NCBI GenBank assembly: GCA_965202585.1
Contig: OZ241834.1
Location: 35,340,001-35,404,000, forward strand
Source of the DNA: Thalia democratica
Taxonomy: Eukaryota
Direction of reading: 5' to 3'
Length of the DNA stretch: 64,000 nt
A program made the position numbers and the translations under genes. The notes below the pieces were generated by a model. It was not told where the DNA came from. It did not search any database and saw only the letters and a list, made by a program, of their open reading frames with translations. Positions 36,272-50,117 of the stretch are shown piece by piece. Position 1 is the first letter of the stretch. Every line of letters begins with the position of its first letter.

Positions 36272-36750
36272 CTGTAAAAATATTTAATAAATAATAACAA
36301 TAGTGTTTAATAAATAATTGTAAATGCATTTAATGAACACTTAAAAAATAGAGTTTTTACAAACTTTATTAAAAGTTAGCCTGAAAATTGTTGAGAGTTG
36401 CTTTTTTTTTATTAACTTTTTCTTTAGACTAAAATTTATTTAAATAATTAACTTTTACTGAAAACATCAAAATGCTTCAATGAACAAGGTTTTTTTTAGT
36501 AAAATAAAGTAATAAAAAAAAATTTAACTTCTCAAGTAAAATTATTAAAAATATAACGTTATAAAACTTTTTTTAATTATAAACTGACAACTTTAAAAGT
36601 TTTAATTATTGTCATTTACAAATTATGCTACTTAACTGTACACAGAAATTAACTCACTAACACGACATTATCAAATTCATCAAAAACTCAGTTAAATTTT
36701 AGATTACTATTTATTTTATTTGTTTACTTATTATCAACCAGTTTACATAC

Positions 36751-36815
36751 TTGTGGATTCATTGCAGGGTTGTAACTTGCTGGTGGCTTGTTTAAAGGTG
36801 GACCGTTTGTGTATG
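36751..36815 (-). CDS. SEC24: SEC24 exon 2 (AYTNGPPLNKPPASYNPAMNPQ)
   Basis: tttccag acceptor, GTATGT donor, phase 1 to 0 links exons 1 and 3 in frame. Confidence 0.8.
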
Positions 36816-37252
36816 CTGGAAACAATTAAATTTTTAGAAACTGATTAAAACTACAGAAGCAAATTTGCAACATGATGATACTGTGCAAATTGTCACAAGT
36901 AGATTAAAATACTAAGATGAGTTTTTAAGGTGAACTAAATTAATTATTAACAAAAAATTGTCATGAAAATTAAAAATAAAACACTTATTAATTTACAAAA
37001 AAAAACATTCTAAACTTTGGTATACTGTTGTTTAAATATTTATATTGACTAAAGAAAACGTTGAGCAAACTATTCTGGAAATTAACAGAATTCAAAAAGC
37101 GCTCAATGATGAATATGTGTAACCCACTATGAATCAACTAAAAACTCTTTGTTTAAAATTGTGTTTTCATTATATATGGCTAATCAAAAAATATACAAAT
37201 ATTATAAGCTAATCTCTAATGGCTATAAACCAATACTACTTATAAATACCTA

Positions 37253-37921
37253 CAGGGTTGCCAAATGTTTTAGGCAAAAATTTCAAGGTTTTCAAAAGTA
37301 CACATTTTTGGGGTTATAATTAGTTTAAAGCTTAGTTTAAGGTAAGAAACTGTGTTAAATAATATAAAAACTTTGAAAATATGCTATAAAGCTACTTTAA
37401 ATGTAGTTTTTAATAAAAAATATTTTTTATCTATATGATAGATTTTTGAGTCAAATTGAAATTTTAGTATTTAATATGTATATAAAGTTATTTGTGTTAA
37501 CTAAAAAAGATTGCTCAATTTACTGAAATGTAAAGAGCTTATTTAAATATAGATGTGCAAACTAAATATTTTATTTGCAATTATTATATTATTCATTTAT
37601 TATAAATAACATTACAGGTAAGCAACATTGTTATGTGCAGTTTGTAGTTTATTATTTTATTCTACTTGAAGAGGTAGCAATATTTTTGTCACCAAAACCT
37701 GGTTGTAAATAAAAAATTTAGAGGTAGCAATATTTTAATTTGCACATCTTTTTGTACTAAACATGTAAAATAATGTTAAAAAGTCCATATTTATAAGTCA
37801 TTTTTGTTCAATATTCCAGGTTTTTCCAGGTTAGTTTTCAAAATTTCCTAAATTCTAGGTTATCCAGGTATTTTAGCCTAAATTGTCAAATTCCAGGTTT
37901 CAAGGTTTTTTGGCAACCCTG
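37253..37921. mobile_element. MITE, CAGGGTTGCCA-TIR family (copy 2, longer)
   Basis: Same TIRs; perfect 6-bp TSD TACCTA. Confidence 0.88.
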
Positions 37922-38027
37922 TACCTATAAAAAAAAACATCTACAAATTTTTATTATCATAATTAATTTAAAATGTCCAAAAACACTTTCTTTGTCATTC
38001 TAAACAAAACAACAACCAAAAACATAC

Positions 38028-38319
38028 CTTGCTGCTGTGGAGGCAAGCTGTTGAAGCTGTTTTGCTTCATTCCTGGGAACTGCTGCTGACCATTTTGCTG
38101 CATGTTTCCCATTGGAGGGCCCATTTGGGGCGGAGGACCCGCATTATTTTGGGGAGGTGGACCCATGTTGCTAGGAGGTGGTCTCATGTTATTTTGGGGT
38201 GGTGGAGGTCCATAGTTATTTTGGGGAGGATAGCCCATGTTTGGGTGGTGCATGCTATTTTGTTGTTGAGAAAAGTTATTTCTGTTGTTTACGTTTGCAT
38301 AATTGTTGTTTTGGTTCAT
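38028..38319 (-). CDS. SEC24: SEC24 coding exon 1 (MNQNNNYANV...QQQ, N/P/Q-rich)
   Basis: ATG at 38319 in aaaATG context, inside ORF 37963..38370; donor G|GTATGT, phase 1. Confidence 0.85.
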
Positions 38320-41300
38320 TTTATTTGAAACTTTCTGAAACAGATTGCACTTATTTACATAAACATACAACCACTTTTATTTACAACTAAACATTTATAT
38401 AAAGTTTTAAATACATTTAATATCTATATTGCTAAATTATTGACAAAAATTACAAAAGACTTCTCTTCCAACTAATATAAAGAAGAAAATGCACAATTTT
38501 ATAAGTTTTTGATACAAAGGTAACTATATTTCTAAAAATTTAATTAAAATACTTTTTAGTTTTACATTTTTGTAAAACTAAATATAAGTATATATATAAC
38601 ATATAAACAGTTAAATAAATATACTAATTAAGTTACATAGTTTTTATAATTTATTACATTGAAAGCAAAACAGGTTGTTTTACCAACTTTTCTCAGACTT
38701 AATAAATATATAAAAAGTTTAGGTGAACTATCACTTCCAGGATCAGTACCTTAAAGATAAATATTAACAAAATGTTCAACTGCTTAATATCTTAATGAAG
38801 ATCATGTCATTTAAAAAGTCTACATATTTGGTGGATTATGGTAGGAAATTTAGTAATACAAGCTTTAGAAAACTTTGGGTAAGGTAGATTTTGGGTGAAA
38901 AATAGAAAATTATAAATTAAATAAAACTGTTGAACTATCATGATCAGTTTTATGAAATCAGTAACATATAGACCCAGGTAATGTTAAAAATAATAAACTT
39001 TTGAGACTAATACAGAAGACTGTGTGGTATAACCATATAATACAGCAAAAAATTATTAATTCAAATGAATTCTACAACCTGAAACTAGAATTCAACTTCA
39101 AATGATCACAAATTTGTTTTATTAAAAATACAAAATCTAAATATTAATAAGAAAATAAGATTCATTCAGTTACATATTTATATAATTTTACTTGGAGATT
39201 AGGAACTAAAAAGTCTATAAAAGTTAAAAAAATATTTTACATTTTCGTTAATCTATAATTATTTAGTATTTATCTTGGTATATGTAATTACTTTCAGCTT
39301 AAATCTTAAAAATATTTAGTAAACTTATTTAATGTCAATATAACAATCAAAGTTAAAAAAGTATACAAAACAAGTATTACTTTAGTATGAAAACTTTTAA
39401 TACTTTCAGAAGATACTAAAATTCATTATAAACTTTTAAGATAAAAAATATTTAGTAGTAACTTATTTTAATACTATAAAGAGTAGTATTAAGACAATCA
39501 ATAAACAAACTTTTTAAGAAAGTTTTAGATTAATAGCAGTAAGTCTTTAACTACTAAAATGTCTAATTAAACAAAAAAAATTTTAAAAATTGTACAGATT
39601 TCTCTTAGACAAAGCATATATAAAGCTTAAAGTATTAAGAAAATAAACTTTACTCAGAATTAAAAAAAAGAATTTAAAATAAACTTTTAATGAAAAGTTA
39701 AGAATTAGTTCATTATATAAGCTGAAATAATAAATTATTACAAAAATAACAAACTTTTGAAAGTCATTAACAACTTTTTTTAATACATAATTGTACATAA
39801 GCTTAATTTAACTTAAATCTTTAAACAAAAAACACTTTATTTATACCTCAATGTTACAAACTAAAATGTAATCTTAATATTTCAAAAAACTTATTTAGAA
39901 AATAAATAGTTTTTATTAAATTCTTATTCAAATAAAACTGTTGCTGTTTTTAGTAATTGTTGCTCATAAAATAAACTATAAAATCTTCTATAGCCCATTT
40001 TTTAAAAGGACATATTTTTAAACACATAATATATGTGGTAGTTTTAAATAGCAAGCTGTTGAAAACATTTTATAAAAATTACAAGGCATCAGAGTTAAAA
40101 CACCTAAGAAAAAACACTTAAATAACACAAAAAATTAGTTTAATAATTTATTAAATTAATAAAAGTAAAATAAATTAATAAAAAAATAAATCTGCTTTAA
40201 AATCATAACATTAAAACACTACTAAATCACACTAAAAAAAATTCATCATTTTTAATTAGTCAAATACCATAATAAAAGCAAACTTTAAAAAAATATGATT
40301 ACTTGTTCATTTACTTAGTTCTTACACTGCATAGGAAGTCAAATAAGGTCATAACCTTAAAAATTATTAACATGCAAAACAAAATATACTTTTGAAATAT
40401 TTACAAAGTAACAACACCTAATTAAATAATGATCAACCCTTTAAATCAAAGAGTTAGTCTAAAAAGTTGAATGTTGAACTGTATTTTAAGAAAAACAACT
40501 AGGGGACATTACTTTTAAAAAATATAATTAAAAAAATTAATTTTATAATGTGATTCATCAGTTATTGAACAAGTTAATAAATATCATTTTACTACTACAA
40601 CAAATAGCAACAAAATTTTTATAATAAATTTAGTTTATATGCATACAAAATTTTAAATCTATTAAAATAACATGGAGCTATAAAATCAATTTTTTTTGCT
40701 TTTAAAGTATTAAAAAATAAACATGAATAAGTATTTACAATAAACTTATAAAATTTTAGTTTTTTAAGTTAAACTCAAATGTTTAAGGTTTTAACACTTG
40801 TTGTTTAGGGTATTTAATATAAATTGTACATACATGACCAAAAGTATAGCTCTATTATAAAAGTCTCAACAGTCTATTTAGTCTAAGAAAGAAAAAAAAT
40901 CAATTATTTATGTAGTGCATTTTATTTGGCAGTTTGTCAAAATTAAAAATCTATTTTTTACTTGAAAAGTAAAAGTTTGTTATAAATATGTTTCAAAAAT
41001 TGTTTTATGAATGTTTTTTTTTTTACTTAATATTGTTTCATATAACTTATCTGTTTCATACAACTTACATACACTAACAATTTCTTTTGTTACTCAGGGT
41101 TGCCACTATTTATAGCAAAAAAAGCCTGTGTTTCTAAAACTATCCAGAGAACAATAATTTAGTCTCAGTTTATGAGCTAACTTAAAAATAAAATTAAAGC
41201 AAAAACTTAAAAAACATTGCTGACAAGCTAAAACACTTATTAATAATAACATAAAATTATTCACCAATACAAATTAATTAGCTTTATAACTTTAATAACT

Positions 41301-44300
41301 AAATTTTGCTTTAAAAATAACTTCAAAACATTTGAGTCTGTCTGATGTTATCTAATAAGTAAAAAAAAAACTAGCCTGAGTTGATCTTAGTATGTGACTA
41401 CTTTTTAAATATATAGAAATTAATTTTAGCATTTGATAAATGGTATTTGTTAACTAAAAAGTTATATACTTGGATTTCAAATTATAACTATAATTAAGTT
41501 TTACAAAAACTTTATTTTAAGTCTGCAAAACATACAATTATATATAACTCACTGCAGAAGCAAACAAGCAAAAAATTCATTTAAATTAATTGCAAAAACA
41601 AGATGTTAAAAATATGTATACTATTGTTTTAATGTTTCCAATTAAGTTTTTATAACTAACCTAAAAAATTTAAATTATTTTATACAGGATTTGCTAAAAT
41701 TAAAATAATGGTTATTTTCAAGAACCATATTAGTGTATATATTTTATTTTCATAACAACTTTTGTATTTTTTTCATTACCATGGTAGTTTTTTAACAATA
41801 TGTTTATTGAATGAAAACTGCATGTAAACAACAGCAAGTAAAAAAAAAATATATTCTTTTAAATGTATTTGTTATGTATGTTACAAAAATATAACACAGA
41901 ACATAAGTTCCTAACCCACATTTGATGTAGCTACTTAAAAAAACTAAAAAAACTTACTTAACTTTGTTATTTTCTTATAATCTCTAAATAAATTAACTTA
42001 GTTGGAATATAACAGCAACAGTTTCGGGAAGTACTTAATTTAAAAATACTAAAGCCCAGGCACAGTATTTGTCAAGTGTACTACTTATAGAACAACAAAT
42101 CAAGGCTTTCAATAAAATGTTCCAAATACTGAATACAATTTTCTTTGTTTTAATAAGATTTTTCTAAAGTGAGCAATTTTAGAAAGTCATGATGCCATAA
42201 TTTGAAACTTAAGGTCATAGGTGTATTTAAGGGCAGTTTTGAAACTTATACTACATAGAAGGGGAAATTTTAGAACTTAAGGAGCCATAAACTGTATTGG
42301 GCATTAGACTAACAAATGAAATACTAAAGATATTCTGGAGTTGATGATAAAAATAAAAAAGGCTTTAAATGTATTTAAGGGTGGGTTTTTTAAAAATCTT
42401 GGTGGAGGAGGAAATATTTTTCTTTATTTCTTTAAGATGGATTTATGAAAAAAAGATTGGAAAACTCTGATTAAAAAAAATCATACTTAAACAATTTTTG
42501 GCTATGCACTTATTGCCAAAATGGCAACTATGACACAAATAAAAATTGTTGGTTTTTTTTTCTTAAACTGAGTTATTTTCAAAATTTAAATGTTTTTTTT
42601 TCTTTCACCAAGTCTTCTTCAATTTAGTTATACAAATAAAAGTAAATTTACAATTTATCACTCTATTTATTAATACCAAAAATTTTAAATTCTAGGTAGT
42701 ATATATCAAGGATATGTAGGAGTGAGTAGGATTAGCATTACATTAAATAAAAAACTTAAGTAAATGTTCATTAAAGTTCAAGCTAGTAAATTATATCCTG
42801 TATAATTCTTTTACCTGCACTTTTATTAAATTAAAAGTTAACATTTTAGCTCAAGAAGTAAAATTTTAGTTCCTATGACTGGGTGGTAATAAGTTTTAAA
42901 GTAACTTTTTCCAGGTTTTTAGACTATATATTGGTAGAGATTAAAACTTAAGGTGGAAAAATGTTTCAAAAAGTATAAAAATACTGGAAAAATATTGTGT
43001 TCAATTATAAATATTAATTACTATCATCTTATCAAATTTTGGATAAATTTATTAAAACTTTTCAAAGACTAAGTTTTTTATTGATTTTTGCTGCTCAAAA
43101 TTCCAGTTATTTCAAAACTAGTTTTGTCCTGTATATTAAAAGTTATCTATATAGCCAAAAGGTTCTTTGTGCACCAGGTCCTATGATCAAATATTTTAAG
43201 CCTTTTTTTTTTATCATTTAATAAACTATAACTATTAAGTTTAAAAAAATATCAAACTCGAGGTATTTTCAGTTTTTTTTTCTTCAAGTTTTTAAATTCC
43301 AGGTTTTTAGCAAAATTGCTATCCTTTATAAACTTTTTACTGTATTTGATAGCTATTTTGGTTATGGTTAACTTAAAGTGAGCAGCAATATCAAACTGAA
43401 AATATAATACATTTAATGTCTTATTTAACCATAATTTTAGGCTAAAAAAACAATATTTTATCATTAAAACATATTATAGTATTATTAAAACAAACAGGCT
43501 ATATAAATACATCAAGAACTAAATAAATATATTGTAAACCAATGTATTTAATTAATTTTATTTTACAATATCATATTCAATATTAATTATTGTATTGGTA
43601 TAAGCACTTTATATTGTAAAATAAAAGCAATTGAATATTTAAGTTTATTAGTTTATGATATATAAGTTTAATTTTATTAATGTATTTATAAAAGATAAAG
43701 TTTTAGCCTAAAATTATGATTAAATAAGACATCAAATTTATTATAATTTAGCTTGATATTGGTGTTCACCTAAAGTTAACCATAATTGCTATTTCTTATC
43801 TCCTGTTTTACAACTATAAATTATTAATAGGTTAGCTATTTTTATGATTTTCAATGAAAACCCTTATTCAAAAACATCTACTTTAGGTTTTACTTTGTTT
43901 TAATGTTTAAACATAAAATATTGCATATTCACAAAAATCTGGTAAAAAACCTTATGATAATTTTTTATAAAGCAAAACAAACCATAAATTTAAAATATTT
44001 AGATTTCCAACCTTTGAGAAACTCTAAGTAACAAACAACTTTGAAGATATTTTACTTGTTTTCAACAAAAAATAAAAGTGTGACGTAATGGGGTGGGGGA
44101 CCTAATGACAATTTTGAAAATTCTCTGAGTTGAACTTGGCAAGATCAAAACCAAGTGGTTGACACATAATTAAAACTAACTTATTGAATTTTTTACTTGT
44201 TATGAATTAAAGTCTGCTACAAATCACTCTACTAAAAAAATTAAATTCTTATCATATAAATTCTTTTTACCTTTTATATCTGTAAATTAATTTTTATAGT

Positions 44301-45036
44301 CTATATTTAACACTAATCCACAAAACTATTTACATTTAGTACACACTTAGTGCTAGATATTTATTGATACATGAAAGTTTATGGGAAGAAGCAAAATTAA
44401 CACTTCGCCCAAAATTTTTAAACTGATTTGTGACTCATGTATCAGAACAGGTGTCATAAAAAGATAAATAATAAAAATCATTAGTTTGTGTACACCTTGA
44501 TATGAAACTAATTTAAAATCAAATAAAGAAAAATTTAACTGTTTTTAACTAATAGATATCCAAATAAAGCTTGCTTCCACTTAAAATTACTGTTTTTAAT
44601 TACAACATTTGTTTTAAAAAGTTGTGATACATTAACTGATAGATAAACTTTTCTTTAACAATAAGTTAAGTTTTATTACTTGTATTTAAATAAGCAAAAA
44701 GAATTTATTGGTTATTAGATCTTAAATATTTTTTTCGTAATATTGTTGTAAACACTATTTTAAAACAATACTTAATATCATACAAGCTTTTCTTTAGAAA
44801 CAATAATTAAGATACACTGAAACTTGTTTTATTTGTTTAGAGTCTAAACTAAAGTTTAGCTAGGTTAAATAGTTGTATATAAAAAGATAAAATTGTAAGA
44901 TCAAAAAACTAGCAAAGTCGTCGCTGCACTTCTATTTGTACATAAAAGAAATTTATCAGTCTTATTTAAGATACTTTTTTGAACTTTTAATTTATAACAA
45001 GTTTTTACACTGAACAAAAGCTTTAAAAAGTTAAAG

Positions 45037-46150
45037 TGTATTTCATAAATTTTTTAAGCAAAACAAAAATACAAAAATAAAAAATTGCTTTTTTTCAAAA
45101 GATAACTATAGCAAGCGTGCCGAGGCTGACATAGTTCTCACGAAGACAATCACTTTATAGCCAAAAAGTATTCGAGCATAAGATTTTTAGATAATACAAA
45201 CAAACGATTATAACGTATTAGAAAAAATTCTTAGAACTAGAAATTTGCCAAAACGGTCCATCTTTGTTTTATTCTAGTGTTTTATCACACTCACTTTTGC
45301 CGTAGATGACGTTTATCGTTGCAAAAGGTATAGTTTAAGACTGATCTTTTTTACTAATTACTGTCCTGGACAAGACGTTAAAAGGTATCCGTGGTGGAAA
45401 TAATAACCCAAAGGTTTTTTGCTCAACAGGTCGTAGAACCAAACTTTTTGAATACTTTTTTGTCTTTAATAAAATATAGTATAATCAAAAATAATGTTTA
45501 ATTAATACATAGGCTTATAAATGATGTTTGACAAACCCAACTGTTTCAAAACGATCAAGCTTTATTAAGAAAAGTTGTTTTTTAATTCCACACTTAATTT
45601 TATAAGTTTAAGAAACTGTATAAAATTTACAACTAGTAAATTTACGTTATACTCGAGTTCTAGCAACAATCCACAGCTTGTCCACAAAACTTTAAAACAT
45701 ATCCGTGGTGTACAACTTGCCAAAAATTTTCTTCGTTCACCTGTTCATTGAACCAACAATTATGAGCGCTTTTCTTTGTCATTAATTAAAAGTCAGTTCT
45801 ATCTTTGTTCTCTCAGTATATTAAAACAAAAACCCTACTTTAACTTTTGGAAGAATAAAAACATTTTTAATAAAAACTTAGTTAATTTGTTTGGGTTTAT
45901 AGTGCCACTTTCGCAATGTCTATAATAAAAAAACATGTTAAGAATTAGTTATACTTATGTCAAGTTATTTTCATGATGTGTAACTTTAATTAATTCTTAA
46001 AAAAGATTATAAGAAATAACAGTTTAAAATTTACATAAAGGATTATTAAACACAACAAAATATTTTTTTTCTAAAACTACGATTTAATATCTGTAACTAT
46101 GATATGCCAAAAAAGTCCTGCTTTAGTTCGTACTAAAAAAGAAAGATTAT
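45037..46150 (+). repeat. ~1.1-kb interspersed repeat, copy A (inverted relative to 60190-61452)
   Basis: For example gcaagcgtgccgaggctgacatagttctcac (about 45113) is the reverse complement of gtgagaactatgtcagcctcggcacgcttgc (about 61350); colinear along the whole length, with indels. Confidence 0.85.
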
Positions 46151-46224
46151 GGCTTTTTTTCTAAAAAACTTTAGCTCACTAAAGTAGTAGTTTTTTTAGA
46201 ACAGACTCTATTAGAGCGATTCAG

Positions 46225-46300
46225 TGTACAGTGCACATCTACAAGTGCACACCTACAGTGCACACCTACAAATGCACACCTACAGTGCACACCTACAAGT
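46225..46300. repeat. Short minisatellite (gtgcacacctaca[a]) x5
   Basis: 13-14-bp units read directly. Confidence 0.85.
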
Positions 46301-48453
46301 CTTGTTGTACCTAAAATATTACTAAAATTGAGTTTTTTAGATTTTTATTCATTTTTTTTTTAATTTTAGGTAGAACATTTATTTACAGTGGAATTAAAAA
46401 AGAATATTTACAATAAATGTTATTTTTAATGAAATCAAGTATAATAAGGAATATAATATTTTTATTTTTGTTCAGTTTGTTTGTATTAGACTTGTTTTTT
46501 TTTTTTTTGATGTTTTTCAAGTGGAATCAGTCAAGCTTTTAAAGCAATAAAAAAACCCAAACTTTTTTATAAGCTATTTTAATTTTTATTTCTATTCATT
46601 TGTATTTGTTTAAGTATAAATGAAAAAATTGAGGTGCTCTAAAATTTGATAAACAAGAAATAGAAAATTTTTCAGGCAAAAGACAATTAAAGTATTTTTG
46701 CTGATAGTTAATATTTTTTAATCATACAAAACAGATGTTTGGTAATTTTATAAGTTATTAAATATATAGCAATAAATATTTGTGATTGTATAGAAAAAGA
46801 GAAAGCTTCACTACAGTTAGTGTTACATGCATTGAGGCTATTTTCACATGAAATAGTTGTTTGTAATATTATATCATAAGAACATTGCATCAGCAAATGA
46901 GAAACAATTTTGTTTAACAAACTGAAGCGTTTCAAATCTTGAATATACATTGGCGCCTACTATTGTTAGCTGACTGGTTTCCTTTTTATCATAAAAAATT
47001 GCTTAGTTGTTAAACTTGAGTTAAAACTTTCAAATTTTTGAAAGATAGACGTTTTTATTTACACTATAATAAATATTAAAGAATTGCTTAAAAAAAAAGT
47101 AGCAAATCCCTGGGGACTAATGTAGTAAACAAAAATAATAATACTTTTATAAAATTAAAGAGATCCTTATAACATACTTTGATACTTAAACTAGACAAAT
47201 ACAATTTTTTTTAAGAAATAATTGTTTAAGTTTCGATTTTTGATGAAACTGCTTTACAATTATTTTTTTTTATTGATCGAGATAGTTTAGTTTTCAAAAC
47301 TAAATTAAAATATGTTTAGATTTTGTTATAAATTTATTTATACTACATTGTAATAACTAGATAAAGTTTTCTAAATCGCAATTAAAGTTTATTTTAAAGC
47401 AATTGATATAACAAGTGATTTAGAAAAAGTATAAAAAAATTTTTGTTTTTGTTATTATATTCAAGATTTCTTTGCTATTTTCTATAAAAAAGAGTTTAAC
47501 ATCAGAATAGACTATATTTTGAAAATAAAAATAAAGCTCAATTTCTATTTCAACATGCAATATAGACATGTAAGTAATGTAATAGTTACAACAGCTTATT
47601 TTCAATAAAGAGTTCTGTTACATGATATAACAGTTTTTAACATAATTGATTTTAATTTTAAACTAATTTTTTAACTGCGCTTTAAAAAAGCAGCTTAAGA
47701 CTGCTCAGTTTAAAATCAAAAGAATCAATTTATGACTATTATTAGTCGTAGTTATAAAAAAAGAGTCTATATGATATACTACTAGAAAAAACTTACCATA
47801 TGTAAACAACTATTATTATAATACCTTATTTCTTATCCTATTTTATTGTTTTTGTATTACACTTATTGACTTGATTGAAGTTTTAGAAAGATTTACTAAA
47901 TTGTTTTAAAATGAGACCTTATGATAGTTTTATACAAATTCAATAAAATTTCATTACAAATATTTAAATGTTTTTCTTAATTTTTAATTTGAGCAGCTTA
48001 AATATATACTTTTAACGCGAGAAATATTAGAACGATATAAGATTTATATGAAATTGTAATTCAAGAGCTTAAACCGCGCAGCTCAAACTTAGCTCAATAA
48101 AATAAGACCAAACTGAAATGTATTATTTAAAACCAAAGCTTAAAAAACATTTTCTGTACTACTTTTGTAAGTTTTCCTTTAATTATAAACTGTTAAAAAC
48201 TGTCTTTGTTTTAAAGTTGTGTTGGTAGTTTAAAAAAAAAATAACAAACAAAAACACTAAAAAGATTTATAACCTATTATTAAATTTAAACTACCAATAA
48301 GTTATGATACTTCTAATGTTATAAATAATACTAAATAATAAATAGTAATATCTGAAAGTATTCTACTAAAGACTGCCTCTATGTAAAAGTTGTACTAATT
48401 ACCAAAAAACTTACAAGTTCTGAACAGATTTGTAGTATAAGTTCAAATTCAAA

Positions 48454-48566
48454 ATGCCAAGTTACATTTCTAGTGAGGAGAGCGACTGCGAAATAGAAAA
48501 GGTTGTCGATAAAAGAACAAGGAAGGGGAAAACCCAATACCAAGTAAAATTTGTAGGCAAGGACTA
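48454..48566 (+). CDS. HP1-like gene exon 1, N-terminal half of chromodomain (MPSYISSEESDCEIEKVVDKRTRKGKTQYQVKFVGKD)
   Basis: aaaATG at 48454; EIEKVVDKR..KGK.QY.VKF.G chromodomain pattern; TA|GTAAGT donor, phase 2. Confidence 0.85.
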
Positions 48567-48962
48567 GTAAGTAATTTTATAATCACTACAAGTTTAAATA
48601 CTTATTAAATCTTTGTATATACAATTAGTACTACTTTTAATTTATAGTTTATTCTTTCAAGACTTTAATAAGCTAGGTTTCGGCAAAAGACCTCTTCAGT
48701 GCTTATATAGAATGTTTTTTAAATAGAATGAGAATAATTAATTCAATATAAACACTCATGTCTCTGAGAACACACGCTATTTTCATCAGTTTTATACATG
48801 GCTACAAAAATATTTTAAAACTTATCTAGTGACAAAGTAACCATAAGAGTAATAAAGGGAAAAAATTAATGTTATTTAAAATTACCACTCAAGTAACTTT
48901 TCTGTCTACAAATTTATTTTTGTTTTGTTCTTACATTTACTAATAAAAACGTCAATTTTCAG

Positions 48963-50117
48963 TCCCGCCAATGAATGGAAGAACGCGAGTGATCTCAGCT
49001 GCGATGACCTCATAAAAGATTATGAAGAAAGAAAGAAGAAAGGTGACGTCAACCAAAAAAACGAGGACAACATCAATGTTGAGAAGAGAAGGGCAGATCG
49101 CGACTTGAGCGACTTCATAGTGGACGACTTGGCGAAAAGTACCAAACCAAGAAAACAGCGATCAAGAAGCAGTCAGCCGAAAAACAGCCATTTAAAAAGA
49201 AAGACTTCCGACAAACTGGAAAGCGGCAAGCAAAAACTCAGCCGACCAGCAAAACGCGTTTCTGATAAAAGTGGGTCGCAAAGGGGAAACCCAACGGGTG
49301 GCCGACCCAGTAAAAGCGGACCAGAAAGTGGCCAACCGAGTAAAAGCGGGGCAAAAAGTGGTAAGCCAGATCTTAGCAGTTCTAGAAAAGACCTATTAAA
49401 AAGCAACCAACTTAAAGATAGAAAATCTAAAACCAGCCAACCAGATTTAAGAAACCCAAAAAGTAGCCTACCGGGTAACATCAAACCAAAGTCTAGCAAA
49501 TCAGATGTTAGCAAATCTGCAGCTGGCAAACCACAAAGGAGCAAATCAGAAATAAGCAAACCAAAAGGTAGCAAATCAGGTTTAAGCGAGCCAAACATTA
49601 GCCAATCACAAGCTAGCAAGCCAAGAAAAAGCCAGGCAGAAGCTAGTAAGCCGAATAACAGCAAATCAGAAGCTGGAAAGCCAAGAAAAATCCGTCCGAA
49701 AAGTGACAAACCAACAAGCCAACCAGAAACTAGACTGTTAGATGCTAGCAAGCCGAAAAACAGCGGAGCGCAGAAAAAACTTTTTGGAATAACGAAATCG
49801 CGGAAGAATAAAACAACTGACAGCCAATCAAACAACATGGAGGTTGAAACCAGCCAATCAAACAACATGGATGTTGAAATCAGCCAATCAAACAACATGG
49901 ATGTTGAAATCAGCCAATCAAGCAACATGGATTATGAAACCAGCCAATCAAATGTCAACGATACCCGCAACATCCCATCGAACATCGATAATGTTGGAGG
50001 TTCCGATGATAGGAAGCCGATCGTGCTTTCCGAAGGTCTTTTCGAGGAAGGTCGCAAGGTTGACCGGATAATCGAAGGTGGACAGCAGGGAAATGACATG
50101 GTCTTTCTGGTCAACTG
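48963..50117 (+). CDS. HP1-like gene exon 2: end of chromodomain (PANEWKNASDLSCDDLIKDYEE), long Ser/Lys-rich hinge, start of chromoshadow domain (VDRIIEG...MVFLVNW)
   Basis: ORF 48925..50136; ttttcag acceptor restores the frame from exon 1; donor TG|GTTGGT. Confidence 0.85.
49822..49950 (+). repeat. Coding 30-bp repeat (SQSNNM(E/D)VE(T/I)) x4 plus a partial unit in the HP1-like hinge
   Basis: agccaatcaaacaacatgga.gttgaaa.c tandem units. Confidence 0.92.

Larger units (their letters stand above)
5445..38319 (-). other. SEC24: SEC24 (COPII coat cargo-binding subunit, SEC24A/B-like) gene span; 20 coding exons traced, 3' terminal exon not located
   Basis: Manual splicing of 20 GT-AG exons gives one open frame of 3416 nt: P/Q-rich N-terminus, zinc finger (CRRC...CNIC), trunk/vWA-like domain, beta-barrel, helical and gelsolin-like regions, with hallmark motifs [27 protein letters not shown] and GERRIRIHTLCFPV. 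Intron phases are consistent at every junction. Confidence 0.97.

Noticed and set aside
35416-38390. Overlapping ORFs on other frames and strands of SEC24 exons 1 and 3
   Set aside because: Expected shadows of GC-rich Pro/Gln codon repeats.
49173-50114. Antisense and alternate-frame ORFs (251 aa, 75 aa, 60 aa) overlapping the HP1-like exon 2
   Set aside because: Shadow ORFs of a low-complexity, repeat-containing coding exon; the Leu/Phe-rich translation has no recognisable motif.
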